Shown: positions 48,982 to 59,466, counted from the first letter of the stretch. The stretch: DNA of 64,000 bases from Lachnospiraceae bacterium (GCA_017456585.1 JAFTJD010000065.1:626-64625); one strand, 5' to 3'. Notes: a model not told the origin generated them from the sequence alone. Numbers and translations are program-made.

Positions 48982-50220
48982 CTATTTTTTGAAATTCAAC
49001 TTTACTAGTAGTCCGTCTTCTTCATTGCGGAGTTCAACCCTGCCACCAAGCTGTTCCATAATATATTTTACGATGAATAAACCAAGTCCTGCGCCTGCCT
49101 GTTCACCTTTATTCTTTCCTCTGTAGAACTTTTCAAATATAAATGGCATATCCTCCGGCGGTATACCCATTCCGGAATCTTTGATGCTAAGAATGTATTC
49201 TTCGTCTGTTATTTCCGTTCTTACGAATATCTCACCTTGTGCATATTTTCTTGCATTGTTAATTATATTCTCTATAACCTGGGCCACTCGTCCGGCATCA
49301 CAATTAGGGATTACTGCTTCCTCAATCTCGCTCACGTTAATATCTCCCTTATCGCCCTCCATTGAGTGAACAGTATCACTTATAACTTCATGAATCTTTA
49401 CATCCTCGTTCTTAATAACCAGTTTATCGAGATTATGTAGCGAGTGAATAAACATATCATTTGTAATTCTCGTCACTTCATCACATTTCTTTATGATAAC
49501 ATCAAGATATCTGCTTCTACGCTCAGGCGTGGAATCCATATTGCCAAGAAGTGCTTCTCCATAAGCTCTTATGGACGCTATAGGTGTCTTAATGTCATGT
49601 GAAAGAGTCGCTATTACCGTCTTATTATTCTCTATTGCTTCCTGTTCGCATGCTCTGGCTTTTTTTATCTCATGACGCATATGATCAAATGCCCACGTAA
49701 ATTCGCCAAACACATGCACACGGTTGTACTTTAATTCTTTATCAAGATTACCCGTGGCTATCTCTGCTGCGAATTCTTCCAGTTTCTTAAAAGGTTTCAA
49801 TACCAGCACATAAACTAACGAAAAAATGCCAAGGCAAACACCCACTGCTGCGATATAGAAGACAACCAGATATTTGCCGTTATATTTTTCCTCGCTATCT
49901 TTCTTAATCTGAAGTGTAGCAATCAGACTCTGTATTTTCTCATCTATCTCTGACACAGAATTGTCACCAACAACATTATCACTCGCAGAATTATCAGTAG
50001 CAGTCTCCTCACCCGTCACCTCATTATTATGTAGCAGATTATCTATCTCATTAAGCGCAACTATGACATCTCCATATCTACTGTTATTCATTTCTTCTGA
50101 GCGTTTCTTATCATAATCAAGGTACATAATCAGAAATACAGCAGTTACCACCAATATGCTAACTGCTGTCATTATCACCATTTTATGTACTATTCCCGAT
50201 TTATTTCTTATCTTAGCCAT
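48982..50220 (-). CDS. sensor histidine kinase
   Basis: 412 aa: 2 TM helices flanking a ~95-aa acidic extracellular loop, HAMP-like linker, H-box SHDIKTP, and N/G boxes. Confidence 0.85.
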   Translation of the reverse strand: MAKIRNKSGIVHKMVIMTAVSILVVTAVFLIMYLDYDKKRSEEMNNSRYGDVIVALNEIDNLLHNNEVTGEETATDNSASDNVVGDNSVSEIDEKIQSLIATLQIKKDSEEKYNGKYLVVFYIAAVGVCLGIFSLVYVLVLKPFKKLEEFAAEIATGNLDKELKYNRVHVFGEFTWAFDHMRHEIKKARACEQEAIENNKTVIATLSHDIKTPIASIRAYGEALLGNMDSTPERRSRYLDVIIKKCDEVTRITNDMFIHSLHNLDKLVIKNEDVKIHEVISDTVHSMEGDKGDINVSEIEEAVIPNCDAGRVAQVIENIINNARKYAQGEIFVRTEITDEEYILSIKDSGMGIPPEDMPFIFEKFYRGKNKGEQAGAGLGLFIVKYIMEQLGGRVELRNEEDGLLVKLNFKK

Positions 50221-50300
50221 ATATGATTCCCCTTATCATATTCCACAATTTCGGAAGTCTGCACCTCTTATCTAATTATTCCCAATCATTATTTCCGGTG

Positions 50301-51023
50301 CTAACTATCCGCACAATCCTGCAACTTATATCCTACACCCCACACAGTACTTATTAAAACCGGCTTAGACGGTTCCTTCTCCAGCTTCTCTCTTAACCAC
50401 CTTATATGTACCGTAAGCGTAGATGGTTCTACTTCACTGAACGCTCCCCATACCTCACTTATAATCTTATCTTTAGGCAAGGATTGCCCTTTTCTTTCCG
50501 CCATATAAAGAAGAAGTTCATATTCCTTAAGAGATAAATTAATCTCTTTACCCTGCCTTATTACCTGTCTGTTAGACGGATTAATCACTATATGATTATC
50601 TTCACCTGCCATAAACTCATAGCATGCACTTTCAACCTCAAAACCATATGTTCTTCGCATAAGTGATTTAACCCTGGACATCAGCTCCTTAAGTGAATAT
50701 GGTTTAGCAAGATAATCATCCCCGCCCATATCAAGACCGGTTATCTTGTCATCCTCACAGGTTCTTGCACTGGCAAATATTACCGGAACAGTAGAAACTC
50801 TTCTTAGCTCCTTGCATAATTCGAAACCTGTTCCGTCAGGCAAATTAATATCAAGAAGTATGAGGTGTACTTTTTCCTTCTCCAGTATCTCATATGCCTC
50901 ATCCATCGCACCTGCCATAACAACCTTATACCCATTATCCTCAAACATATCTCTTATAAGCATAGACAGGTCCATATCATCATCTACTATCAAAATAGTC
51001 CTTGCTGCATAATTACCATTCAT
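50301..51023 (-). CDS. OmpR-family response regulator
   Basis: Receiver domain (ILIVDDD...LILLDINLPDG) plus winged-helix output (TVHIRWLREKLE...TVWGVGYKL). Confidence 0.9.
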   Translation of the reverse strand: MNGNYAARTILIVDDDMDLSMLIRDMFEDNGYKVVMAGAMDEAYEILEKEKVHLILLDINLPDGTGFELCKELRRVSTVPVIFASARTCEDDKITGLDMGGDDYLAKPYSLKELMSRVKSLMRRTYGFEVESACYEFMAGEDNHIVINPSNRQVIRQGKEINLSLKEYELLLYMAERKGQSLPKDKIISEVWGAFSEVEPSTLTVHIRWLREKLEKEPSKPVLISTVWGVGYKLQDCADS

Positions 51024-51148
51024 ATCTTACCTCATACCTCTTATCTCTTCCAACTTTAGTTGTTTGCGAAACTGTATTACATATTTCATCTGGTTTATTG
51101 CATGAACAAGATGAATTTTGCAATATAGTTTTGCAAACACCTTCTTTC

Positions 51149-52918
51149 TTACTTATACCAGCCGGCCTGTAACTCGTACATATGGCAATAATCTCCCCCA
51201 TTATTGATTAATGCTTCATGGTTGCCTTCTTCAGCTATCTCTCCGTTCTTAATGAACAAAATATAATCACATATCGCCGTACTCTGCAAACGGTGTGATA
51301 TCATAATCATTGTCTTGTCTTTCATGATATTATACAGTTCATCATATAACTTATTCTCTGCTATCGGATCAAGTGCAGAAGTCGGTTCATCAAGTATCAA
51401 CATCGGTGCATCCTTACATGCTGCACGCGCAATCGCAAGCTTTTGTCTCTCTCCGCCGGAGAAATTCACACCATCCTTGGCATATTCTTGCGTAACATAT
51501 GTATTAAGGCCACTTGTAAGCTTATTTATTTTATCATACATATCGAGCTTCTTAAGCTCATCTATCATTCTTTCATCACATGAAGAATCTTCTGTAAACA
51601 CTATATTCTCTCTGATGGAAAAAGCAAACAAGTTAAAATCCTGGAACACCGTAGAGAACAATCTGTAATAATCATATCTCTTTATTGTAAGATAATCAAC
51701 TCCATTAACAAGAATTCTTCCTTTTGTCGGTGTATAAAATCTCATTAGAAGTTTAATAAAAGTAGTTTTGCCTGAACCATTCTCCCCAACAACTGCAATC
51801 TTCTGTCCACCTGTAAGTTTAAGACTAACATCCTTCAAAACATAATCCTCTGCCCCCTGATACTTAAACCATACATGTTCAAACTCAATCGTCTTAATTA
51901 CCGGCTCCATTTCTTCCACTTCGATAAGCTCATCTTCATCCTCTATAGCCATATAAGCTTTAAAATCTTTAAGTCTCTCTCCCTTTGCGGTTGCCGCAGC
52001 ATAGCTTTCAAAAAGTCCTGCAAAAGCCCCCGAAAATACGAGAACAAGGTTAATATAAAGAGTGACATCGCCAATCATGGCATAGCCTTTAAAATATTCG
52101 CGGCCAACCAACAAATACAATATTATGAGCTGAATAACTACTATAACAACACCGCACATACGGTCAATCAATGTATACCCATGCTTCTTTTTACGAATGT
52201 CATATACCTCTTTTTCCTGTTCAAGATATTTGTCCTTCATAAAATCAGCCGCACCAAAAACTCGTATTTCTTTGCCCGCAACATAATCGAGCATGTTTCC
52301 CAAAAAATAATTAATCTTTCTACGAGGTTTGTGCTCCATTTTTTCATTCTCGTAGTACTTATTCTGAAAATATTTACTTGTAAAATAATTAAGTGCAGCA
52401 AACGGAATAATCACCAATAGAATAAGCGGATTAAACATGGTAAATATCGTTGCACAGCTGACTATTTTTATTATGTTCGAACCAAAATCAGTTATATATT
52501 CCGTAATCACCGGAACCGCTGAACACCCCTTACCTGCTCTTAGTCTAAGTTCTGATATCTCCGGATTCTCCGCCTTCTCATACTTCATATCAAAGGTCTT
52601 CCTGCCAACCATAGTATCAAAATGATGTCCCATATCAATATAATGATTAGTACGATACCATCTGACATATATGTCAATCACCTGAAGAATTGTGAGGATG
52701 CCAAGCATAATTGCTGCAGCAAGTATCGCTTTATCAACCCTTGCGTTTGTAGTAGCCAGATTAATAACCTCACTTACAAGATTGGCATTTATAAAGGGCA
52801 CCACACTGGCAACCGCCATGGATACACTCAGCAAAAGCAAATATGTCTTATCCATTTTAAACATCATTTTGATGCAATAACCCATCATCCCATATGTACT
52901 TTCTCTCTTATCTTTCAT
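51149..52918 (-). CDS. ABC exporter, fused permease/ATPase (heterodimer partner)
   Basis: Walker A GENGSGKTT, signature SGGERQK, ILDEPTS. Start at ATG 52918 (GGAGAAG RBS), overlapping the upstream stop by 11 nt. Confidence 0.85.
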   Translation of the reverse strand: MKDKRESTYGMMGYCIKMMFKMDKTYLLLLSVSMAVASVVPFINANLVSEVINLATTNARVDKAILAAAIMLGILTILQVIDIYVRWYRTNHYIDMGHHFDTMVGRKTFDMKYEKAENPEISELRLRAGKGCSAVPVITEYITDFGSNIIKIVSCATIFTMFNPLILLVIIPFAALNYFTSKYFQNKYYENEKMEHKPRRKINYFLGNMLDYVAGKEIRVFGAADFMKDKYLEQEKEVYDIRKKKHGYTLIDRMCGVVIVVIQLIILYLLVGREYFKGYAMIGDVTLYINLVLVFSGAFAGLFESYAAATAKGERLKDFKAYMAIEDEDELIEVEEMEPVIKTIEFEHVWFKYQGAEDYVLKDVSLKLTGGQKIAVVGENGSGKTTFIKLLMRFYTPTKGRILVNGVDYLTIKRYDYYRLFSTVFQDFNLFAFSIRENIVFTEDSSCDERMIDELKKLDMYDKINKLTSGLNTYVTQEYAKDGVNFSGGERQKLAIARAACKDAPMLILDEPTSALDPIAENKLYDELYNIMKDKTMIMISHRLQSTAICDYILFIKNGEIAEEGNHEALINNGGDYCHMYELQAGWYK

Positions 52919-54740
52919 CACCGCTTCTCCCATCAAACTTTTTAGCCTGAACATTCCACATTTCATAATAAACGCCCTTTTTTGAAAGAAGTTCTTTAGG
53001 CGTTCCTTCTTCCACTATCCTTCCTGAATCAAAAACCAGAATTCGATTGCAAAAACGGGTACTCGCAAGGCGATGCGATATAAAGAGAATAGTTTCATCA
53101 TCAGATTCTCCTGCCACCGCTTTATACATCTTATCTTCAGAAATAACATCAAGGGCAGATGTAGGCTCATCAAGTGCAATCAGACTGCTTTTCCTGTAAA
53201 AGCTCCTTGCCATAGCGATTTTCTGGGATTCGCCTCCCGAAAGCATCATGTCACCCTTATCAAAAAATCCTCCGATAACAGACTTCTCCTTTTTATCAAG
53301 ACTTGATATCTTTTCGTCTATTCCTGCACGCTTAATACTCTTTACAAGCTCTTGTTCATTAACATCTTGTTCAAGTGCTATATTATCTTCTATTGTTAGC
53401 GCAAAGATTTTATAATCCTGGAACACGGCACTCATATAACGTCGAAGACTCCTAGACGAATATTCAGATATATCCCTGCCATCTATAAGAATACTTCCTT
53501 CAGTCGGCTTATATAAACCAAGCAGAAGCTTAATAAAAGTCGTCTTTCCCGCTCCGTTAAAGCCTACTATTGATATATTTTCACATGGATTAATTGTAAC
53601 ATTGATGTCTTTTAAAGCATATTCAGTGGTATTGGCATATTTAAACCATAGATTCTTTACCTCTATTATGTGTGTTCCGCTTGAAAGCTCCCTTCCATCT
53701 TCATCATTCTTATCTTCGCTAAGTTTCATACACTTCTCATAATCCATCATAAATGAAGAAAAAATATTGAGTGACAGTATCGCATTGAGCATATCCTTTG
53801 CCGTATCAGAAAAGGTCAGTATCGCGGCAAATATCATACTAAAATCACCTACTGAAACCGCCCCGTCTTTAAGTAACAATACAAGTGAAACAAGCACAAT
53901 AAAGCGCATCATATTATTAGCAACATTCATCATAACCGCAGAAAGACAGCTCTCTCTTCTTGAATTACCTCGAACATCCAAATAATCCTTCGTAGTATCA
54001 TGGAATTTAGAAATAACAAAATCTGTCATTCCAAACACACGAAATTCCTTGCCGTACTCAAAGGTTCTTAATAATTTATTGCAATAGCGGCTCTTAACAT
54101 GACAAGCTCCCGCCTCCACTCTTATTTTAACCATCGCCTTCATGTTTACGACGCTAAAAATAAGATTTAAGACAACACATAGCACTACTGCAAGAAACAT
54201 GTACCACTCCATATAGCTAAAAACGAACAAAACACTTACCAGCAATACAATGTCTTTAATCACTTTAAGAAGCTGGTCAAAATACCCTGTTATTCCTTCC
54301 TCTCCGATTACTCCAAACGAACGCTGTTCCTCATTAAGTCCACCCATAATTGCTATCTTGGCTCTGTTAAACATGTCAATCGACTTATTATCTTCAAGAA
54401 AGCTGTAATCAACCTTCATAAACTTTTCGCCAAGCTTTACATTAAGTTCCATTTTTAATTTAGTTTCAAGAATATTTTTGAAGTAAGTTAAGGCATGTAC
54501 GCAAAGATGCAATATCAAATATAGTGCTACATATACAATTACCGGAATTAAAATATCCTTAACGCTTTCTCCAAACTGCATGCCGTCAAAAATATATTTC
54601 GGTGCAATTACCAATACCAAATCCTTTGTATATGTAATCAAGAGCATTAATACAAGCACAAGAAAATATACCTTACTGTGTCGCCACGCCACGCCTAACA
54701 TATATCTGTTATTTTTAATAATCTCTCGTATTTTCGCCAT
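52908..54740 (-). CDS. ABC exporter, fused permease/ATPase (heterodimer partner)
   Basis: Walker A GFNGAGKTT, signature SGGESQK, ALDEPTS. The ATG at 54740 with a GGAG RBS is preferred over the TTG at 54761. Confidence 0.85.
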   Translation of the reverse strand: MAKIREIIKNNRYMLGVAWRHSKVYFLVLVLMLLITYTKDLVLVIAPKYIFDGMQFGESVKDILIPVIVYVALYLILHLCVHALTYFKNILETKLKMELNVKLGEKFMKVDYSFLEDNKSIDMFNRAKIAIMGGLNEEQRSFGVIGEEGITGYFDQLLKVIKDIVLLVSVLFVFSYMEWYMFLAVVLCVVLNLIFSVVNMKAMVKIRVEAGACHVKSRYCNKLLRTFEYGKEFRVFGMTDFVISKFHDTTKDYLDVRGNSRRESCLSAVMMNVANNMMRFIVLVSLVLLLKDGAVSVGDFSMIFAAILTFSDTAKDMLNAILSLNIFSSFMMDYEKCMKLSEDKNDEDGRELSSGTHIIEVKNLWFKYANTTEYALKDINVTINPCENISIVGFNGAGKTTFIKLLLGLYKPTEGSILIDGRDISEYSSRSLRRYMSAVFQDYKIFALTIEDNIALEQDVNEQELVKSIKRAGIDEKISSLDKKEKSVIGGFFDKGDMMLSGGESQKIAMARSFYRKSSLIALDEPTSALDVISEDKMYKAVAGESDDETILFISHRLASTRFCNRILVFDSGRIVEEGTPKELLSKKGVYYEMWNVQAKKFDGRSGDER

Positions 54741-54849
54741 AATATCAATCTCCGTTTTCAAAAAATCATCTTATGTCTCAATAGTATCACATCAGTCTAT
54801 TGCGTTCTTGATTTTTTGAACAAATTTTGACGTTACACTCTTTCTCGCC

Positions 54850-54890
54850 ACAGAAATAGCAATGCCGCCGGCAAAACTTAGCCGACGGCA
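54850..54890 (-). terminator. hairpin downstream of the RsmH-like gene
   Basis: 10-bp stem (ugccgucggc / gccggcggca, with one G-U pair), then a moderately U-rich tail. Confidence 0.5.
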
Positions 54891-54912
54891 TGATAATAAA
54901 CATTATTTAATT

Positions 54913-55998
54913 CTATGACCTGATTGCCCATCTTAGTTTTGTGGATTTAGCTCGAGGATTTCTCGTACATTCCGCAGCTGATGGACGTATTACTTCATCA
55001 CTAACTTCACTATAAATGCCTTCTTTTTTGTAATGCTTAAATGCCTTTTTCACAAGGCGGTCTTCGCCTGAATGGAAGGTAAGAATTGCAACTCTTGCTC
55101 CGGGATTAAGTATCCCGGGAAGTTTATCAAGAAAACTGTAGAGCACTTCAAATTCACTATTCACATCAATTCTCAATGCCTGAAATACTCTTGCGCAGGA
55201 TTTCTTAACTGCTTCTTTTCTCTCAGCTGTAGGAACCACAACAAGAGCCTCTTCAATCGCTTTTCTTAAATCTGTAGTGGTTTCTATCTTATCTCCGCGT
55301 CGAAGCTTATTAAACACCTTATTCGCTATCTCCTCAGCATATGGTTCATCAGAATTCTCAATCATCATCCCAATAAACTCTTCCTCGGTTATGTTCCTAA
55401 GTCTCTCTGCAGCTGATTCACCATGTTCCGGGTCAAGTCTTAAATCAAGCGGTCCGTCAACCTTGTATGAAAAGCCTCTCTCAGGATTATCGATCTGCAT
55501 TGATGACACTCCTAAGTCTGCGAGCACAAAATCAAACTTCCCCGCTGTAGCTGCCACTTCATCTATGTTAGCAAAATTCGTCTTTACTACGGTAAGTATC
55601 TCCGGTCCAAAGCCTTTATTCTGGAGTCTTCGCGTCGTTTTCTGTATCTCAATCGGGTCAACGTCAAGTGCATACATATGACCTTTTCCTTCCAGCTTCT
55701 CAAGCATGGCACTTGTATGTCCGCCATAACCAAGTGTAGCATCTAACCCCTGTTCTCCCGGTTGTATCTTCAACACTTCGAGAATCTCATTGACCATAAT
55801 TGAAATATGCATTCCCGCAGGTGTACTACCTTTACTTATTACTTTCTCGATAGTATCTGCATATTTTTCAGGCTGCGCCTCTTTATATTTCTCATGAAAT
55901 GCCCTGGGATGAGTACCCTTATATCTCACACGTCGCTTATGCTCTGTAGCACCGGCTCCATCCTTGACATCTATGCCGTTTATATTCATATTATCCAT
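54913..55998 (-). CDS. divergent RsmH (MraW)-family SAM-dependent N4-cytosine methyltransferase paralog
   Basis: GYGGHTSAMLEKL, DLGVSSMQID, RGFSY...PLDLRLD, FHSGEDRLVK, NPRAKSTKLR. Has a basic ~50-aa N-terminal extension. Start at ATG 55998 after GAGGAA. Confidence 0.75.
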   Translation of the reverse strand: MDNMNINGIDVKDGAGATEHKRRVRYKGTHPRAFHEKYKEAQPEKYADTIEKVISKGSTPAGMHISIMVNEILEVLKIQPGEQGLDATLGYGGHTSAMLEKLEGKGHMYALDVDPIEIQKTTRRLQNKGFGPEILTVVKTNFANIDEVAATAGKFDFVLADLGVSSMQIDNPERGFSYKVDGPLDLRLDPEHGESAAERLRNITEEEFIGMMIENSDEPYAEEIANKVFNKLRRGDKIETTTDLRKAIEEALVVVPTAERKEAVKKSCARVFQALRIDVNSEFEVLYSFLDKLPGILNPGARVAILTFHSGEDRLVKKAFKHYKKEGIYSEVSDEVIRPSAAECTRNPRAKSTKLRWAIRS

Positions 55999-56003
55999 AT
56001 CTT

Positions 56004-56687
56004 CTATTCCTCTGCCCACCTTGTAAGATTAAGGCCTCTGTCACCCACTACAACACTACCATCCTTCAGTGAAATATATGGTGAAAATTCCACCGTCTCA
56101 CCCTTATATGTCAGACCAACCATAACATCCGGAAAAATATCACTAATATTACATTTAATAACAAAAGGACCGCATGCTTCACACTCGTAAATCAATGTTT
56201 TGCCCATAGTCTCCATATCATTTCGATACAAGCTCAAGTGCATATCATCATATCTAGGAATAATAAGATAGTATTCTCCGTCCGAAAAAACATGGGTAGG
56301 AATTTCCTTATCCCCAATATATTTGTCCTTGTAAAAATCTAAATCTTCTATCTCCATATATCCCACATATGCCACCGCATATAACTGCAAATCATCCACA
56401 TAAGGTATAGGTTCCAAATTAGTCGTAGTAGTTGCCTCCGTATTTGTCTCTTCTGAAGATGACGTTTCTGCATCCGATACTTCTGTGTTTGTCGCATCCG
56501 AGCTTGTCATTTCCATAGTAGGTTGTACACCACTTGCTGTTTCTTTGTCCTGTCTGCTTGTTGTTTCAATAGCAGCATGACTGCACCCGATAATAGCTAT
56601 AGCAAATAGTGTTATCGCAACTATCATAACCACCATTCTATTAATCTTATAACGCGCTGTAATTCTGCTAAATTTATTTCTTTTCAT
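56004..56687 (-). CDS. lipoprotein, function unknown
   Basis: Start at ATG 56687 (MKRNKF...). Lipobox IIGCS, Ser/Thr/Glu-rich linker, ~130-aa C-terminal domain. Confidence 0.6.
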   Translation of the reverse strand: MKRNKFSRITARYKINRMVVMIVAITLFAIAIIGCSHAAIETTSRQDKETASGVQPTMEMTSSDATNTEVSDAETSSSEETNTEATTTTNLEPIPYVDDLQLYAVAYVGYMEIEDLDFYKDKYIGDKEIPTHVFSDGEYYLIIPRYDDMHLSLYRNDMETMGKTLIYECEACGPFVIKCNISDIFPDVMVGLTYKGETVEFSPYISLKDGSVVVGDRGLNLTRWAEE

Positions 56688-56730
56688 TCCTTTACATCTC
56701 CCTACAAATAACACACCTAACAGGCAACTA

Positions 56731-57279
56731 TCAAAGCGTTCTGCCTGCCTCATATGCCTTTTTCATAATATCACTATCAGCATCCCATGCATCCTTGCCG
56801 GTATGCACAAGTTTGGCATGAAGCTTCATATCTCTGTTCTGAAAATCTCTAAGATACCAATCGTATGCCTTTTCTGCTGCCTCATAGTTATCCTTAGCGC
56901 CTTGAGAAAAAACGCCTATAAGCTTAATGCCCGGATGAACTCTGACTCCCTCTGATGTAATAAGGCAATAATGTCTGTTCATATATGTAATCATCGGTCC
57001 GTTTATCTGGGAGCAATAATTAGGTGCTGCTACAAGAAGTGCACCGCACTCATGAAGATCTTTCCAATAAGGTGCAAGATCATCCTGCAACACGCAATCT
57101 ATCTTATTCTGCTTACATGCTCCACAACCCTGACAGCCTTTAACATTCATATCATTAATTACATATTCAACTACCTCATGACCTGCATCCTTTGCTCCAC
57201 GAAGCACTTCTCTTGCTATCACATTTGACGGACCATCCTTATGTGGACTTCCGAGTACCGCTACTACTTTCATAATCAT
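56731..57279 (-). CDS. flavodoxin-fold NAD(P)H-dependent FMN reductase / iron-sulfur flavoprotein-like
   Basis: 182 aa with VLGSPHKDG and the Cys cluster CQGCGACK. Confidence 0.75.
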   Translation of the reverse strand: MIMKVVAVLGSPHKDGPSNVIAREVLRGAKDAGHEVVEYVINDMNVKGCQGCGACKQNKIDCVLQDDLAPYWKDLHECGALLVAAPNYCSQINGPMITYMNRHYCLITSEGVRVHPGIKLIGVFSQGAKDNYEAAEKAYDWYLRDFQNRDMKLHAKLVHTGKDAWDADSDIMKKAYEAGRTL

Positions 57280-57377
57280 ACCTCCTATATTTAGATTCTT
57301 TTAGTTCTGTATTTTTCATACATTAATTATACATTAGAATCCCCACTTTCTCAAGATATTCATCAAGATACTTTTAA

Positions 57378-57412
57378 AGCTCCATACCAAACATTACGTC
57401 TGATATGGAGCT
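57378..57412 (-). terminator. hairpin downstream of the FGE-like gene
   Basis: agctccata / tatggagct 9-bp stem. Weak U-tract. Confidence 0.4.
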
Positions 57413-57435
57413 TGTAATCATATAATTATATTCAA

Positions 57436-58209
57436 TTATGGATTAATAACTATTCTAAAACCAATCCCATCTGTGGCGTCTTGCTCACCACAAGCATTTC
57501 TATATCCCGAACGGCAACTATCCGGACTTGCACCCCAGCCACCGCCTCGCGAAATTCTCGCTTCGCCTTTCTTCGGACCTGTCGGGTCGGTAAGATCATC
57601 CGCAAGATATTCTGCACTATAATAATCCAAGCACCATTCCATTACATTGCCATACATGTCATATAAACCATTGGGATTCGCTTCAAAGCTACCTACCGGA
57701 TATGTTTTAGCATCAACATCAGTTTCCCCATAAGTACTATATGCCGTCTCCTCATCCCCAAAGAACCATTTCGTAGTAGTTCCTGCACGACAGGCATATT
57801 CCCATTGTGCCTCAGTAGGTAAACTAACATCATATCCACTCAATTCGGAAAGTTTCTCGCAAAAAGCATTAGCATCCTTCCAGCTAATGGTCTCAACCGG
57901 CAATTCTTTACCTTTAAACGTACTGGGATTATTCCCCATCACTGCTTCCCATTGAGCTTGCGTTATTTCAAAAACTCCCATATAGAAATCTTCCGTAATG
58001 GTAACCTCTCTCACCGGCAGTTCATCTTCATCACCAATGCCCTCATAGCTTCCCATAAGAAAGTTTCCTGCGCTTATCTTATTGAGTACTATCTCACAAC
58101 CTTCAAGTGAGATAACTATATTGTCACCATAATCGACATTAGCCTTCTTGGAACAAGCCATGCAAAGGACTGTTACAATGCAAATCAATATCAAGCCGAT
58201 TCTCTTCAT
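57436..58209 (-). CDS. formylglycine-generating-enzyme (SUMF1/EgtB/PvdO) family lipoprotein
   Basis: Lipobox LCMAC. FGE-fold motifs (EITQAQWEAVMG, NVMEWCLD, RGGGW). Confidence 0.8.
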   Translation of the reverse strand: MKRIGLILICIVTVLCMACSKKANVDYGDNIVISLEGCEIVLNKISAGNFLMGSYEGIGDEDELPVREVTITEDFYMGVFEITQAQWEAVMGNNPSTFKGKELPVETISWKDANAFCEKLSELSGYDVSLPTEAQWEYACRAGTTTKWFFGDEETAYSTYGETDVDAKTYPVGSFEANPNGLYDMYGNVMEWCLDYYSAEYLADDLTDPTGPKKGEARISRGGGWGASPDSCRSGYRNACGEQDATDGIGFRIVINP

Positions 58210-58236
58210 GTCATTCTCCGTTCAGCCAAAATAGTT

Positions 58237-59466
58237 TTAGTTAAAGCATCCCATTCCTGCCAAATCACTGCCACTCTTTAAGTGCATGAAAGTAATGGTA
58301 GGTAATACACCATTAGCTCCTCTTGCTCTTGTCATCTGTGATGCATCCAAGCTCACGAAATCATCTGCTGTACAATTATAAGCACTGTTCCAAGAACAGC
58401 TTCCTACCTTTGTTCCTGTACCAATATTCTTGATAGTACCATTGTATGAAATGTTAAGTCTAAGAACTTCTCTTGTTCCCGGTATATCTGTCGAGTCAGT
58501 AGGGCTAACACGCTCTAACATGTTATAGTTAGATGTCTTATTACCATATGCTGTATTATTGGTCCATGTAGCTGCCTGGCCAGGCTGATGGTTAGCATAG
58601 AAACCATTAGCTCCGTTACAAGCCGCAAGACAATTTACAACTGTATGTACCGGCACTGTGCTAGGTACTGTTCCTGTACCATATCCACCGATTTTAAATC
58701 CGTTGGAATCTCCACCCTTGTTCATGTCGTATGCCCAACATGTATCAAATGTATTAGCTCCCTTAGATGTAATACAATCATAACCATCATCACCACATGC
58801 CCATGCACGACACTGGATAAATGTAACACCTTTACCATGTGCACCAAAACCATCTGTATTGCTGTTAGACACACTGTTAGAAGTATAAAGATTATACGCA
58901 TCACACTTAATTACTTTACCTGTTCCATTATTACAGAAATAGAAACCGTTAGCATTGGAATTATAACAGGTAATCTGATTCATTGTTGCACTTCCTTCAA
59001 TACGGAAGCACTCAGACTGCTTCTGGCTGCCAACAGGAACACCTGTTACCTTAAAGCAAAGGAATGTTACACCTGTTACACCACTCTTAACATGGAAAGC
59101 TGCAACTCTCTTAGAAGTTGTTGTTCCTGAGAAATCGAAAACAGGAACATCCTTAGATGAGTATGCACGATATGTAATGTTACTCTTTGTAAACTGATGT
59201 ACATAATTATAATTACTATCTGATGTCTCTATTGAAAAATTCTTGTAAGTTCCACCCATAATATATACGGTATCTCCTGAAGAAGCTGCTTCCTCAGCCT
59301 TGTTCAATGATGCAAATGGGCTTGAATAAGTTCCTGAATTAGAGTCGCTACCTGAAGGTGACACATACCAGTCAGCGGCATGTACAACCGTTACACCGAT
59401 AGCCATTGAAAATACGAAACCAAACGCAATACTTGCTAAAGTTTTAATAAAATTAAATTTCTTCAT
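58237..59466 (-). CDS. secreted right-handed parallel beta-helix protein (pectate-lyase/PL9-like, DUF1565-type N-terminus)
   Basis: Signal peptide, then WYVSPSGSDSNSGTYSSPF...GDTVYIMGGTY, and repetitive G/N/T-rich beta-helix turns. Confidence 0.65.
   Translation of the reverse strand: MKKFNFIKTLASIAFGFVFSMAIGVTVVHAADWYVSPSGSDSNSGTYSSPFASLNKAEEAASSGDTVYIMGGTYKNFSIETSDSNYNYVHQFTKSNITYRAYSSKDVPVFDFSGTTTSKRVAAFHVKSGVTGVTFLCFKVTGVPVGSQKQSECFRIEGSATMNQITCYNSNANGFYFCNNGTGKVIKCDAYNLYTSNSVSNSNTDGFGAHGKGVTFIQCRAWACGDDGYDCITSKGANTFDTCWAYDMNKGGDSNGFKIGGYGTGTVPSTVPVHTVVNCLAACNGANGFYANHQPGQAATWTNNTAYGNKTSNYNMLERVSPTDSTDIPGTREVLRLNISYNGTIKNIGTGTKVGSCSWNSAYNCTADDFVSLDASQMTRARGANGVLPTITFMHLKSGSDLAGMGCFN

Noticed and set aside
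51013-51201. 62-aa ORF between the ABC exporter and the response regulator
   Set aside because: It overlaps both neighbouring genes' ends, has no RBS, and has Cys/Thr-rich non-protein-like composition.
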